Assembly (NCBI GenBank): GCA_044226015.1
Contig: JBGAHS010000011.1
Span: 128,001 to 192,000 of the forward strand
DNA length: 64,000 nt
From: Candidatus Obscuribacteraceae bacterium
Lineage (GTDB): Bacteria > Cyanobacteriota > Vampirovibrionia > Obscuribacterales > Obscuribacteraceae
Direction of reading: 5' to 3'
The notes under the pieces were generated by a model. It saw nothing but the letters and a program-made list of their open reading frames with translations, searched no databases and was not told the DNA's origin. This document shows, one piece after another, positions 8,722 through 19,330 of the stretch. How positions within the stretch are numbered: the first letter of the stretch is position 1; each line of letters begins with the position of its first letter. The translations under genes were made by a program, and so were the position numbers.

Positions 8722-11700
8722 TTAGTTTTTGAAGACACCGTGAGATGAGGTTACCAATTGCAGGCATGCTGCCATCTTGAGTAGTCTTGCTCCCAGATGT
8801 TTTTCCGCGGCTTCCGAGCTGTGAATAACATCATTTAGCAAATGGCTCGATGACATCAAAGAAAGTAAGGAATACTCTGCTAACTTGGCGTTTATTCCAC
8901 TGGCATTCTTCTCCACGGTTTCTTTGCGCACGGCCACAGAACTCTTGCTTCCAATTAACAGTCTTTGACCAGCACCGACAACGAACTCGCGGTCGCCAAC
9001 CTTAACCTTAACGGCACCCCAGCGAGATTCACAAAGATTGAATAGTTCAAGCTCAGTACCATCAGATTTGAGCAGAGCCACTCCATCGCCACTAATTTGT
9101 ACTTCACCCACAGCGCATTCCACTTTGCTTAGCTTGTGAGAATCAAGGATCATTTCACCTGAGATGAAGTGGAGTCTATCCGAGGAATGTCTCTCCAGTT
9201 TGCAAGCTCGTGCATAAACACTTCCATGTTCGCTTGCAGATTTCTGGATACTCTCAACGTCTACTTCAACTTTGCCTTGAACTGTCAATGGAGAGCTGCT
9301 AACACAAGCAATCGGTGTGAACTCTTTTGGATTTGAGTTGCTAGCCTCGACGGCACTTGCATTGACTGTTTGTTCCTCCAGTTTCTTGAACAAACTGCGG
9401 ACGGCACTGATATCAGTGCGCAGATTGCTGGACGATGCGTTAAACAAGACAGGCATCGCGACAGTTGTTCCCACAGTGGCGCTTGGTGCAGGTGCGGATA
9501 TGGCTTGAGACGATAGAATTCCAGTTGGAGCCGGCGGTGGATCCGCCAAAATGTATACTCCACCTGAAAGAACAATGGCAGATTTGTCTCTGCTGCCAGT
9601 ACTAAATACGATATTAGCGCCCCAGGCGTCCAACTCATTATTCTTGCCGTTCACAGTGATACCATTGGCACCAAAGTAAGCTTTTCCGCCCCATTTCTCG
9701 CTCACACTTGTGTTCGAGGGAATAGAACCCCTTATCGGGTTTGTTGGAATGGCACCTACAACGACTCTCACGTTGCCTAAGCCGTTGCTCTGACTGTCAG
9801 AAAGTGCAATCAAGGAGACATTTTTTCCAATCTTTATAACGCCAGAGGACTCGTTAGCATTTTGCAGAGTGAGATTACCTTGTCTTGCGACAAGCTCTGA
9901 GTTTTTTGCAACGTTCAAGTCACCTTGACTCTGCAGGTAAATGGAACCATTTCTGGTTTCCACATTTTGTACATTTAGCGCACCACTCGACTTCACAGTG
10001 AAGCTGCCACCAGCACTCGAATCGTCCAAATTCACGTTTCCGGTCACGGCTATGTTTACCAGGCCGTTACCCCAGGTCGACGCTCTCAGGTTTTCAGCTT
10101 TTACGGCTAAGGCTAAAGTGCTGCTTCCAATATTGCCCCTGTCAGATCTCAAAACGAGATTATTAGCCGTAATCAATCCACCTTGTTGAGAAATATTGCC
10201 TCTTCCATCAGCATTTATTTCAAGACAGTCAGCGACAAAATTGCCATTGAGGACAATATTGCCATCATCCTTGGTGCGCAAGACCACCTCAGTACCCGAA
10301 AGGGACCCGGAAACCTGCAAATTTCCCTCCCTGCTCGTAAATTTGTAATTCTTTCCGGCTATGTTTCCAGATACAGACAGATCACCGTCTGCTCTAAGTC
10401 TGGAATTATTGCCCATGGAAATCGTTCCAGCATTTACCGTCAAGGAAGAGTCATCAACTCTAAGGCGTACTCCGTTGCTTAAGGTCAATGATGGAACATC
10501 AACGATTACCTTTCCATTTGCTCCTGCATTGAAAGTTCCATTTGAAGTCAAAACCAGCGCTTTTCCGCTTGTTCCTATACTAATATCGCCAGTAGCTTTC
10601 AAGCTCAACCCTTCACCGACACTGTAAGAACTGACAGTGACAGCACCTTTGTTGCTGATGTGCGCCTCAGCAGCTGTGCTTACTGAAAGGGTTTGGGTTT
10701 CTGTGTGAATCGCATTTTTTGAAGAGCCGATATCTCCGGAACCCGACATCAGAGTGATAGACGCTGCTTTCAAAATTCCGGCAGTTTGTCGAATATTGCC
10801 AGAACCTATCGCAGAGACAAGTAAATCATTGATAACGATAACGTCAGCGGCAAGGGTTATCGTGCCATTGTTAGCAAGAGTTCGAATTATCAAACTGTTT
10901 GCATTTACATTTTGATTGATCAGCAGGTCTCCTGATGCTTCGATAATTGTCTGAGACCCAGCGTTAGGATTGTCTATCAAACCATTATTCACAAGCGTGC
11001 CACCAGGAGTCAAAACGCTGACAGTGTTGTCGCTGTGCAAAACAACGCTTGATGCAATTGTCACATTCGCATTGCTTGTAGATATGGTGACAGGAGCACC
11101 AGCGAAGTTAAGAGTTGATTGTCCTGCTCCAGCATTATTTTGCACGAAGTTTATCGGGGCAGCATCCGGAGCCGAGATTGTTATTGCGCTTCCACCACTG
11201 GTGCTTACCGAAGCAGCACCTGCCGGAAGTCCAAATGTAATACCTAGATTTGGCAATCCTACAAAATTGATGGATGACCCCTTGGCAGTGATTGCTGAGT
11301 TCGAACCAAAGTTGAGCAAGGGGGCCGTGAATGAAACGGAATTAGCACTATCGATGAGTATGCTTGCGCCATCCAGCAAATTGATTGAACCGTTAGATTG
11401 AAAGTTGACTTCACCATTCACGCCAGCATTGAAATGCGGCGTACCAGAAACAGAAATGCTGTCACCAACGTTCAACGCTAGAACGTTTATTGTTCCAGAA
11501 AGCCCAGATGAGAAGCCTACAGTTCCAGCGCCAGCAATAGTAATACCGAGAGGATCCTGAAGTACTATCACTCCATTACTTTGAGAAGAAGTAATGTTGC
11601 CGTCCAGATGAAGGGTTCCACCATTGACGTTTATTTGAATGTTTCTATCTGAACTCAGGTTTAGACTTGCCAGAGAGGTGTCAGCAGCACTGCTGGTAGT

Positions 11701-14700
11701 AATCAATCTTCCACCCTGCACAGAGAGATTTGCTATACCCAGTCCACTGCTGGTGAAGACCAACGGAGCTCCAGTGCCACTTGCGAAGCTTACGTCACCG
11801 CCTGCACTCGCGATGATGTTGTTGGACGAACTTCCCGTTGCTGTAATTGTAAGTGGTGCACCCAAGCTGGATTGGACCACCAAGGCTTGTGTATCATTCG
11901 TAGCGGTTATACTGCTACCGCTGCCAAAATTTAAAGCGTTTGTAGATATGTTCAGTTTAGTACCGCCAGCAGCAGTCAAGCTAACACTTGAACCAAGATT
12001 TACTCCAGAACTAGACAAGCTTGCTGTTTGAACTGTCAGAGAGCCCGTGGCTCCGGCGTTGACTACGTAAGATGTATTGAAATTCACGCCATTAGAGCCG
12101 GCAAAAGTGACCGCTGAATTAGCCCCACTCGCAAGTACATTGCCATTGCTACCGGACAAATTCAATATGGCTGAAGAATCCACTAGCAGCTGAGCTCCAG
12201 CCGCAGAAATTTGAATGCTGCCATCCAGAATCAAGTTATCTGTGTGAAGCGTGATATTTCCCGAACTGGAACTGAGCTGATTACCCAGCCCGATCTGAAT
12301 GTTTGTGCCGCCGCCATTTGAGGCGAGATTTACACCATTGTTACCGCTTACGGAGCTGAACATTGAAATGTTACCGTTAGCGCTGAGATTCAAAGTTCCT
12401 GCATTTAGATTTGCTTCTATCGCAAGGTCGCCATCATTATTTAGCTCAAACGTACCGGCAATAGTCGAGGTACGCAAGTCCATCTGGCTTGCATTATTAA
12501 TGTATACAGAGCCACCACTATTAACTTGAAGTTCAAGTACGTTTGCTTCGATTGGTGCGGACTTAGACCCTATATTTCCAGATTGAGAGTTGAGAACGAG
12601 AGTACCAATTCCTGTCGTGCTGGAGCCTACCTGATTTATATTGCCCTTGCCCTGAACGCTTAGAACAACAGTTGGAGAACTAATATCTGCCCCGAGATTG
12701 ATGCTTCCATTTCCAACGGTTGATACGTTCAATTGCTTGGCGCTAATTGGAGAATTAATATTTACGTCGCCACCATTGGCTATTATTTCAACGCCGATAT
12801 TTGTACTGGTATCAAAAGCATCAGAATCAATATTTACACCAGAACCCAGATTTATTGCACCATTAGAAGTGCCCATACTGACAGTCGCACCCGAGACTAC
12901 CAAATCTGCATTGCCACTCGTGTTCAAAGATAAGGAACCGGTGCCGCTGGGTTCAATCTGCAGAACACCAGGTCGAACTGAATTGCCCTGGCTTATGCTG
13001 AAGGTAACGGTTGAACCATCGGCAAAGTCTAACGAAAGTGAGCCAGACTGAGTACCACTGTTCAGCTTCAAAAGACCAGCATTGTTCATTGCCAGATTCG
13101 CATTTCCAAGGAAATGAATACTTGGAGCACCCAATTCTATTGCACCCTGGCTAGCGTTGAGACTGGCGCCTGCCGCTACATACACTGCCGTGGAAGCTTT
13201 CAGAGTGATATTTCCGGCACTTGTGCTGATGTTCTGTGCACCCAGCTTGGACACAGCCCCGTCAAGAACAACCGAATAGTTCTTTGCAGAGCCGTTGAAA
13301 TTTCCAACAACATCGCCTAGACCACTGATCGATACATTTGACGGAGAATTAGCATTAATTGCACCCATGTTTTGATCGCTTGAACCTGACAAGTTCACTT
13401 TCTGGTTCATTGCCACAAGCAAATCATTTGCACCGGAAGAAAGACTGAGCTTTCCTCCATTTGCACCACTAGCGGAAATCGTGCCAGTGCCTTCCACTCC
13501 GGCGTTGCTGTGTCCTATATTCATGCTCAATGAGGAATTCTGCGTCAGCGAAATGCTACCTCCATTCTGAGCACCATCAGCAATGACATTCGCGTCTGTG
13601 ATATCAATAACGCCGCCCTGGCTTGACCCTGCGTCAACAGAGATGGTACCGCCGTTTGCACTGGCAGAACTTGAATTGATTGTGGCCGAATTCAATGTGA
13701 CATTGCGGCTTGCACTGAGCAGAACAGAGCCACCATCGCCTCCCTGAGAACTGACATCAATTTGACTTCCTTTTCCTATTTGAAGATCTGCATTGTTTCC
13801 TCCAGCTGCCAGTGAAACTGAGCCGCCGTTGCCAGTGCCGGTGGACGATGCTACGAGAACCGACCCGTCAGCAAGGTTAAGCTGCGGCGCCATCAAATCA
13901 ATTTGTCCGCCCTTGCCAGAACCGGCACTGTTAGCCGAAAGCACTCCTGATAAATTCAGGCTGTGGTTTGCCGAAGCAAGTTGCCCGGGCGCTGAACCGC
14001 CTGCAGTCAACGAGACTTTGCCCCCATCACCATCGACCGAGACACCCACATCGATTCCCGAGCCTGCAACAGACAGGTCGCCAGCAGCGGTGATGATAAC
14101 GGCTCCGCCGTTGCCGCCAGCGGAGCCGCCACGAGCACTCAGGTTGAACCCACTTCCATTACCGATGGCAAGGTCGCCAGCAGAACTGCTTGTACTTCTC
14201 ACATTCACGGTGATCGTTCCGCCGTTACCTGTTCCAACACCATCCGCCCGCAAAGTGCCGTTAACCTTTAGTGAGCTGCTGGAAGCGCTGGCATTCAAGC
14301 CCGTATCAATGTTTATGCTGCCACCACTGCCATTTTTTGCTGCAGAGCTAACATCAACTACATCAGCGTCAATCGACATCGAACCATCAGAAATAAGTAT
14401 GATGGTTCCGCCGTCGCCGCCCTGGCTACCGCTTCTTGCGGAAAGCTTAGCCTGCCCAGAGGCAAGAACAAGGTCTGTTAATGAATGAAGTTCGATTGTT
14501 CCACCAGGAGCAGAGTCAGCTCCAGCAGCATTAAGATTCAAGGCTCCGTGAATTCCGTCAGCAAAAACAAGGTTGATCGTTCCACCTTTCTTTCCGGCAA
14601 AGTCACCGCCTTTAGTGGTGATGGTCAAATCATCAATATGAAGACTTCCGACAAGTTCAACCGATGAGGCACCGCCACCATTGCTGGTGATGTTCATGCT

Positions 14701-17523
14701 TTTAGCGTCAACAACAGAATTTGTTCCACCAATAGACACGAAGCCTGCACTCGCTATTCCATGACCACTGGTGTCAGCAGTAAGCGAACCAACTTGTATT
14801 TGCGGCGAAGACATGCTTAGAGTGCCACCTGAGTTATTGCCGCCTCCTGCAGCCGAAACCAGGATGTCACCTCCTGTAATACCGGTGGACGAGCTGAAGT
14901 TGACCTGCCCGCCCTCACCAGAACTTCCACCATTGGCACTGTATTGAGTACCACTTAATACCAGCGCACCATCCGAAACTAGAAGGATCGTGCCGCCATT
15001 TCCCGTATTGGAATTGATGACAATCGAACCAGCATTGATACCACCGGTACCATGATTGCTAGCAAAAATGGTTCCACCAATTCCGCCATCAACAGAAATA
15101 AATCCAACCGAGTTCTGTCCACCTCCAGTGTTAATTCCCAGGGCAGGAGTACCATCAGTAGGCTGAGCATTAACATAACTGCTTATGCTCACAGTGCCAC
15201 CCTGTCCGAGTGGATTGGAGTCGATGATAGAGTTAACGCTCACCCCCGCAGCGGAGTTAATGACAACAGATGCACCGTTGGCTGTGATGCTGCCAACCTC
15301 AACATCACTCTTGGATGTCGAAAGTGCAACTGTTGAGGATGAACCGCTAGCTCCAGTGATTTCTGCACTACCAAGCGAAACCTTGTCAGATTCGACCATG
15401 TCGACTCCAAACAAACCTGCAGTCAGGTTTACAGACCCGCCCGCACCACCGGTAGCGCCATTCGCTTTAATGTCGACTTTGCTCAGATCTATATCGGCAA
15501 CACCGTAAGTCGTCAGGAATGAAATTGAGCCCCCAAAGAGTCCGCTGGCCTCAATAGCTGACTTCCCAAACAAGACAGAGCCACCGTTAACGAATGCACT
15601 GATTCCGCCGCCGGTGCCATTTTTCGAGCTCAAATCCATTGAGCCATTTCCAACAAACAAACTACCAGCCATAGCCTGAATTGTTAGAGTTCCGCCATTA
15701 GCAGCAATGCTGGAAGCATTTATGGATGCATTTCCCGTGCCACCAAGGTTTATGTCGCCAGCTTGAGCCACCACATTGATAGAGCCCGCATTACCAGTGT
15801 CACTGGATGTGTTTATCGTGACACCATTCTGCATAGTGATAGCAGCTGCGGAACTGAGTGAGACAGATCCCGCGTTGCCTCCCAAAGCGCTAGTATTGAT
15901 GGTCAGAGGACCAGAACTGATTATTGAACCTGCATTAGAATTGATGGAAACGTCGCCCGATTGCGCACCGGTAGTGCTGGTGATAAGCGAGCCAGACAAA
16001 AGTATTGGTCCATTTGCAGTTAACGAAATATTGCCAGAGCTGGCGCCAGAAGTCGCAGTGGTAATCGCGATTATCGGCACAGTTTGAAGATCGATCATGC
16101 CTCCAGCGTTGAGGATCACACTGCCGGTTGCACCGCTGTTGGCGCTTGTGCCAATGTAGGAAACATCTTTGTTGATGATGTTGCCACCAGCATTGATAAT
16201 GAGAGCATCCAGACCGGAAAAGATCCACTCGCCGCCAAATTGCGACATTTCAAGAAAGACATCTCCACCAGATGAAATGGTGGGGTCTCCAGACATCTTT
16301 AAGGCACCAACATGAAGATCGCCAGTTTGCGCAGATAAAGCGGCTGTTCCACCAATCAAATTAGTCTGACCTAGAATAGAATGAACATCTACATTAATAT
16401 GTCCATCACCAGAAAAAACATTTAGTTGCTGCGAAATCCAATCGCCACCGATCAGAGATGTATCAAATTTGTCCGTGAAGAACTGGTCACGAATATTGAT
16501 ATTGCCATTAAGAGCCTGGAGAACTCCGCCAGTGTTGTTGATAGTCAAATTTTGTGCGACCTGACTTGCAACATTTATATTTCCAGCCATGGCATTAACC
16601 ATACCAGCGTTTTGAACGGCCGCTGAAACAATATTGACGTTAGACATTGCTTGCATCAGAGGACTTGGTCCACTCATTCCGGTTGGCAATGCATTTATGA
16701 CTGAGCCACCGGCATTCAAATTCAAATTGGCTGCACTACTGATGACACCAAAGTTGCTAATGTTCTGAACCGCGTTTAGACTCAAGCTCAAGTTGTTAAT
16801 TAGATTACTGAAACCACTTATTCCGCCCTGCGGAAGCATGGAAGTTAGCAAACCACCCTGCATGTTGTTGATATTTTGAGCAGAGATCACTGCACTCATA
16901 ACCTGGTTATTGTTTGATACAGCAAAGAAATTTCCCGAATTTACGAGGTTTCCGGTGATGTTCAATACACCAGATTGACCAAAGTTCCTCACTGCTGTGA
17001 CACCGGTAGGGATGACCAGGTTAGTGACATTACGTCCGGAAAGCGTGAATTGTCCGCCTGTGGCGACTCCCATAGCGTCGAGAACCAGGCTCTGAGTTCC
17101 CCCACCCAGAACCTGGCTCAATGCGACACTTTCTGCTGGTGTCAGTTTCATACCTGGTGAAACTGTCACTGTCGACCCCCCGACAGTGATAGCACCAGAT
17201 TGCTGAGCACCAGCAGTAACCGTTTTGTTCGAAGAACTTAAGTCCAGGTCTCTGGCTGCGTAAGCTGCAGGCAAAACAAACTGAAATACGAGCACTGACA
17301 CTGCACTCAGTGCGTAGGGCATTGATGCCGGCATCGAGTTATCGCAGTATCGACGCTGCTGTGTAGTTGTTCGCTGCCTCGCGAACAAATGCTCGCGCTG
17401 ACCATGTGGATCTGATCCAATAGAAAAAGGGGACTTCGCAGTCATATGTAGCACCTGCCTTGGGGGGAAAGGCAATCGCTTCCGAACCTGCTCGGAGCAA
17501 TTGGCGGGCTTTTGCGCAAACAT
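8722..17523 (-). CDS. Giant exoprotein 1 (up to 2933 aa), filamentous-haemagglutinin-like beta-solenoid adhesin; start uncertain (17523, 17445 or later)
   Basis: Uninterrupted ORF; signal-like MPYALSAVSVLVFQFVLPAAYA; G/S/N/T-rich GNGGxIxI repeats; N- and C-terminal modules shared with the two other giants. Confidence 0.8.
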   Translation of the reverse strand: MFAQKPANCSEQVRKRLPFPPRQVLHMTAKSPFSIGSDPHGQREHLFARQRTTTQQRRYCDNSMPASMPYALSAVSVLVFQFVLPAAYAARDLDLSSSNKTVTAGAQQSGAITVGGSTVTVSPGMKLTPAESVALSQVLGGGTQSLVLDAMGVATGGQFTLSGRNVTNLVIPTGVTAVRNFGQSGVLNITGNLVNSGNFFAVSNNNQVMSAVISAQNINNMQGGLLTSMLPQGGISGFSNLINNLSLSLNAVQNISNFGVISSAANLNLNAGGSVINALPTGMSGPSPLMQAMSNVNIVSAAVQNAGMVNAMAGNINVASQVAQNLTINNTGGVLQALNGNINIRDQFFTDKFDTSLIGGDWISQQLNVFSGDGHINVDVHSILGQTNLIGGTAALSAQTGDLHVGALKMSGDPTISSGGDVFLEMSQFGGEWIFSGLDALIINAGGNIINKDVSYIGTSANSGATGSVILNAGGMIDLQTVPIIAITTATSGASSGNISLTANGPILLSGSLITSTTGAQSGDVSINSNAGSIISSGPLTINTSALGGNAGSVSLSSAAAITMQNGVTINTSSDTGNAGSINVVAQAGDINLGGTGNASINASSIAANGGTLTIQAMAGSLFVGNGSMDLSSKNGTGGGISAFVNGGSVLFGKSAIEASGLFGGSISFLTTYGVADIDLSKVDIKANGATGGAGGSVNLTAGLFGVDMVESDKVSLGSAEITGASGSSSTVALSTSKSDVEVGSITANGASVVINSAAGVSVNSIIDSNPLGQGGTVSISSYVNAQPTDGTPALGINTGGGQNSVGFISVDGGIGGTIFASNHGTGGINAGSIVINSNTGNGGTILLVSDGALVLSGTQYSANGGSSGEGGQVNFSSSTGITGGDILVSAAGGGNNSGGTLSMSSPQIQVGSLTADTSGHGIASAGFVSIGGTNSVVDAKSMNITSNGGGASSVELVGSLHIDDLTITTKGGDFAGKKGGTINLVFADGIHGALNLNAAGADSAPGGTIELHSLTDLVLASGQAKLSARSGSQGGDGGTIILISDGSMSIDADVVDVSSAAKNGSGGSINIDTGLNASASSSSLKVNGTLRADGVGTGNGGTITVNVRSTSSSAGDLAIGNGSGFNLSARGGSAGGNGGAVIITAAGDLSVAGSGIDVGVSVDGDGGKVSLTAGGSAPGQLASANHSLNLSGVLSANSAGSGKGGQIDLMAPQLNLADGSVLVASSTGTGNGGSVSLAAGGNNADLQIGKGSQIDVSSQGGDGGSVLLSASRNVTLNSATINSSSASANGGTISVDAGSSQGGVIDITDANVIADGAQNGGSISLTQNSSLSMNIGHSNAGVEGTGTISASGANGGKLSLSSGANDLLVAMNQKVNLSGSSDQNMGAINANSPSNVSISGLGDVVGNFNGSAKNYSVVLDGAVSKLGAQNISTSAGNITLKASTAVYVAAGASLNASQGAIELGAPSIHFLGNANLAMNNAGLLKLNSGTQSGSLSLDFADGSTVTFSISQGNSVRPGVLQIEPSGTGSLSLNTSGNADLVVSGATVSMGTSNGAINLGSGVNIDSDAFDTSTNIGVEIIANGGDVNINSPISAKQLNVSTVGNGSINLGADISSPTVVLSVQGKGNINQVGSSTTGIGTLVLNSQSGNIGSKSAPIEANVLELQVNSGGSVYINNASQMDLRTSTIAGTFELNNDGDLAIEANLNAGTLNLSANGNISMFSSVSGNNGVNLASNGGGTNIQIGLGNQLSSSSGNITLHTDNLILDGSIQISAAGAQLLVDSSAILNLSGSNGNVLASGANSAVTFAGSNGVNFNTSYVVNAGATGSLTVQTASLSSSGVNLGSSVSLTAAGGTKLNISTNALNFGSGSSITATNDTQALVVQSSLGAPLTITATGSSSNNIIASAGGDVSFASGTGAPLVFTSSGLGIANLSVQGGRLITTSSAADTSLASLNLSSDRNIQINVNGGTLHLDGNITSSQSNGVIVLQDPLGITIAGAGTVGFSSGLSGTINVLALNVGDSISVSGTPHFNAGVNGEVNFQSNGSINLLDGASILIDSANSVSFTAPLLNFGSNSAITAKGSSINFVGLPNLGITFGLPAGAASVSTSGGSAITISAPDAAPINFVQNNAGAGQSTLNFAGAPVTISTSNANVTIASSVVLHSDNTVSVLTPGGTLVNNGLIDNPNAGSQTIIEASGDLLINQNVNANSLIIRTLANNGTITLAADVIVINDLLVSAIGSGNIRQTAGILKAASITLMSGSGDIGSSKNAIHTETQTLSVSTAAEAHISNKGAVTVSSYSVGEGLSLKATGDISIGTSGKALVLTSNGTFNAGANGKVIVDVPSLTLSNGVRLRVDDSSLTVNAGTISMGNNSRLRADGDLSVSGNIAGKNYKFTSREGNLQVSGSLSGTEVVLRTKDDGNIVLNGNFVADCLEINADGRGNISQQGGLITANNLVLRSDRGNIGSSTLALAVKAENLRASTWGNGLVNIAVTGNVNLDDSSAGGSFTVKSSGALNVQNVETRNGSIYLQSQGDLNVAKNSELVARQGNLTLQNANESSGVIKIGKNVSLIALSDSQSNGLGNVRVVVGAIPTNPIRGSIPSNTSVSEKWGGKAYFGANGITVNGKNNELDAWGANIVFSTGSRDKSAIVLSGGVYILADPPPAPTGILSSQAISAPAPSATVGTTVAMPVLFNASSSNLRTDISAVRSLFKKLEEQTVNASAVEASNSNPKEFTPIACVSSSPLTVQGKVEVDVESIQKSASEHGSVYARACKLERHSSDRLHFISGEMILDSHKLSKVECAVGEVQISGDGVALLKSDGTELELFNLCESRWGAVKVKVGDREFVVGAGQRLLIGSKSSVAVRKETVEKNASGINAKLAEYSLLSLMSSSHLLNDVIHSSEAAEKHLGARLLKMAACLQLVTSSHGVFKN

Positions 17524-17667
17524 CTGGGGGAGATGTTACACGGATAATGGGAGGGGACTGGCGTCTATATACCCGGTTGCCAAGAGATCGAATCAGATGT
17601 TTTCCTACAATTTCGAAAACAAGAAATAAAAAGTCTTGTCAGCAACTGCGGACAGCCCAACTGGGGA

Positions 17668-17696
17668 TTTCCACACAAAAATTAACAGCATATAAG
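17668..17696 (+). promoter_or_regulatory. Putative sigma70 promoter for intergenic RNA
   Basis: TTTCCA (17668-73) - 17 bp - TATAAG (17691-96). Confidence 0.45.
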
Positions 17697-17702
17697 GTTT
17701 TA

Positions 17703-17913
17703 GATAGTTTTCCTGGGGGAAATATATATCTTGGTCTGACATATCGGGAAAATCAAACAGTGAAAACGCTCTGGGGGGAGGGTTTACGCGGTTTGTGAAC
17801 GAGAGGCTTTCAGCGCTCATCCTGAATGTAAGACCAAACTAAACTGGGGGGTAGGCGCAATAACCTTGCGCCGAGCAGCAGTGGAGGACCGAGTTCTCCA
17901 CTGCTGTTTTTTT
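17703..17913 (+). ncRNA. Candidate structured small RNA with three CUGGGGG motifs
   Basis: Nested stems by eye: TTGGTCT 17731-37/AGACCAA 17831-37, ACAT/ATGT, TCGGGA 17744-49/TCCTGA 17820-25, CAAAC 17754-58/GTTTG 17791-95, GGCGCAA/TTGCGCC 17854-72; ends in a strong intrinsic terminator; no convincing ORF. Confidence 0.6.
17876..17913 (+). terminator. Rho-independent terminator
   Basis: CAGCAGTGGAG-9 nt-CTCCACTGCTG (11-bp perfect stem) followed by T7; no protein gene ends here on + strand. Confidence 0.85.
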
Positions 17914-18025
17914 ATTCTAATCACATTCTCAGGTTATATTGCTAAAGGCTCGCAGCTGACAAGCCTTCAGGCAAGTTATCATGATTCACCTACAGCTAAG
18001 GGGAGAGGACTAAGTCCTAAGCGAA

Positions 18026-19330
18026 ATGGCTCGACTGGTACAGAAATTCGGCGGCAGCTCGGTCAAAGACAGCAAGCATATCCAAAATGTTGCTCAAATA
18101 GTCGCAAACACATACAAAGCAGGAAAAGAACTTGTCGTCGTAGTGTCGGCTATGGGAGAAGCCACGGACCAACTACTGGAGCTGGCAAGTCAGGTCAGCG
18201 ATGTGAGCGAAGCAAGAGAATTGGATGTTCTGCTCGCCACTGGAGAACAAGTATCTATTTCCATGCTAGCGCTCGCATTGCAGAGCATGGGTATGAAGGC
18301 TCGTTCATTCACAGGACCGCAAGCAGGAATAATTACGGACGACACGCATGGATTTGCGCGTATCAAAACTGTTCATCCTAGCAGAATCGAAGCCTCGCTC
18401 AGAGCCGGTGAAATTGCTGTAGTAGCAGGGTTTCAAGGTATGACCCGCTCAAGCGAATTAACTACTTTAGGAAGAGGCGGCTCAGACACTACAGCAGTTG
18501 CTCTAGCAGCAGCGCTGAAAGCTGAGTGCTGCGATATCTACACTGACGTTGATGGCGTCTACTCAACCGACCCGCGCACAGTTAAACAAGCAAAAAGGTT
18601 AAGCGCCATTTCTTACGACGAAATGCTCTCTCTCTCATCTCATGGTGCGCAGGTGTTGAATGCTCGCTCGGTCGAGTTAGCAATGAAAAACAAAGTAGCA
18701 ATTCGTTGTCGCTCAACATTTGCCCCCGATGACCTCGGCACCCTGGTCTGCAGCAGAGATCAAACTCCGAGTTACCAGGTTTGTGGTGTAGCTTGTGACA
18801 GCTCACGGGTGTCTTTCAAATTAGATCAAATATTCGTTTCATCTGATACCATATCCGGTGAAGAGATAGATAAGCACCATGCGAAAGTTAACGCTTTGAT
18901 TGAACAGCTAGAAGAAATTGGCGTTCCAAAAGAAAAGGTCCTCTGTCACAAGGGGGACGACTCGGTCACCAGAGAAATCGAGTTAAACTGTGAAAAACGC
19001 ATTGCAAAATCAGTGCAAAAAGCATTAGAAATCGAATTTCCTAAAGGCGAAGTGAGAGTTGACCGCAGTGTTGCGACGGTGTCGATTATCGGAACCGGTG
19101 TACACGCAGACAAGCGATTGCGCAGCGACTTTTTGAAAACCTTAGCTGATGCAGAAATTACTGTCAGTATGATGATGGCTGATGAACTAAGCTTGTCTGC
19201 AGTCATACCAGAAATGCTGAAAGATGAAGCTATCCGCAGAGTACACAAACGCTTTTGTGAGGATAGCAACACCGAGGAGACCTTTCAGGGACAAGCAGAC
19301 GTAAAAGTAAGCGCGGGGAACATGAAATGA
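18026..19330 (+). CDS. lysC: Aspartate kinase
   Basis: VQKFGGSSV, VVVVSAMG, TTLGRGGSDTTAVALAAAL, IYTDVDGVYSTDPR; C-terminal ACT-like region. Confidence 0.95.
   Translation: MARLVQKFGGSSVKDSKHIQNVAQIVANTYKAGKELVVVVSAMGEATDQLLELASQVSDVSEARELDVLLATGEQVSISMLALALQSMGMKARSFTGPQAGIITDDTHGFARIKTVHPSRIEASLRAGEIAVVAGFQGMTRSSELTTLGRGGSDTTAVALAAALKAECCDIYTDVDGVYSTDPRTVKQAKRLSAISYDEMLSLSSHGAQVLNARSVELAMKNKVAIRCRSTFAPDDLGTLVCSRDQTPSYQVCGVACDSSRVSFKLDQIFVSSDTISGEEIDKHHAKVNALIEQLEEIGVPKEKVLCHKGDDSVTREIELNCEKRIAKSVQKALEIEFPKGEVRVDRSVATVSIIGTGVHADKRLRSDFLKTLADAEITVSMMMADELSLSAVIPEMLKDEAIRRVHKRFCEDSNTEETFQGQADVKVSAGNMK

Noticed and set aside
17703..18025. Lysine riboswitch or amino-acid attenuator upstream of lysC
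   Set aside because: No lysine-riboswitch consensus recognised. The only mini-ORF (GTG 17795, MNERLSALILNVRPN) is not Lys/Thr/Met-rich. A separate TATATT -10 lies after the terminator, so lysC probably has its own promoter. Not fully excluded without an Rfam scan.
17460..18381. ORFs 17460..17798, 17605..17820 and 17866..18381
   Set aside because: They overlap promoters, the structured RNA, the terminator or lysC; no protein-like features.
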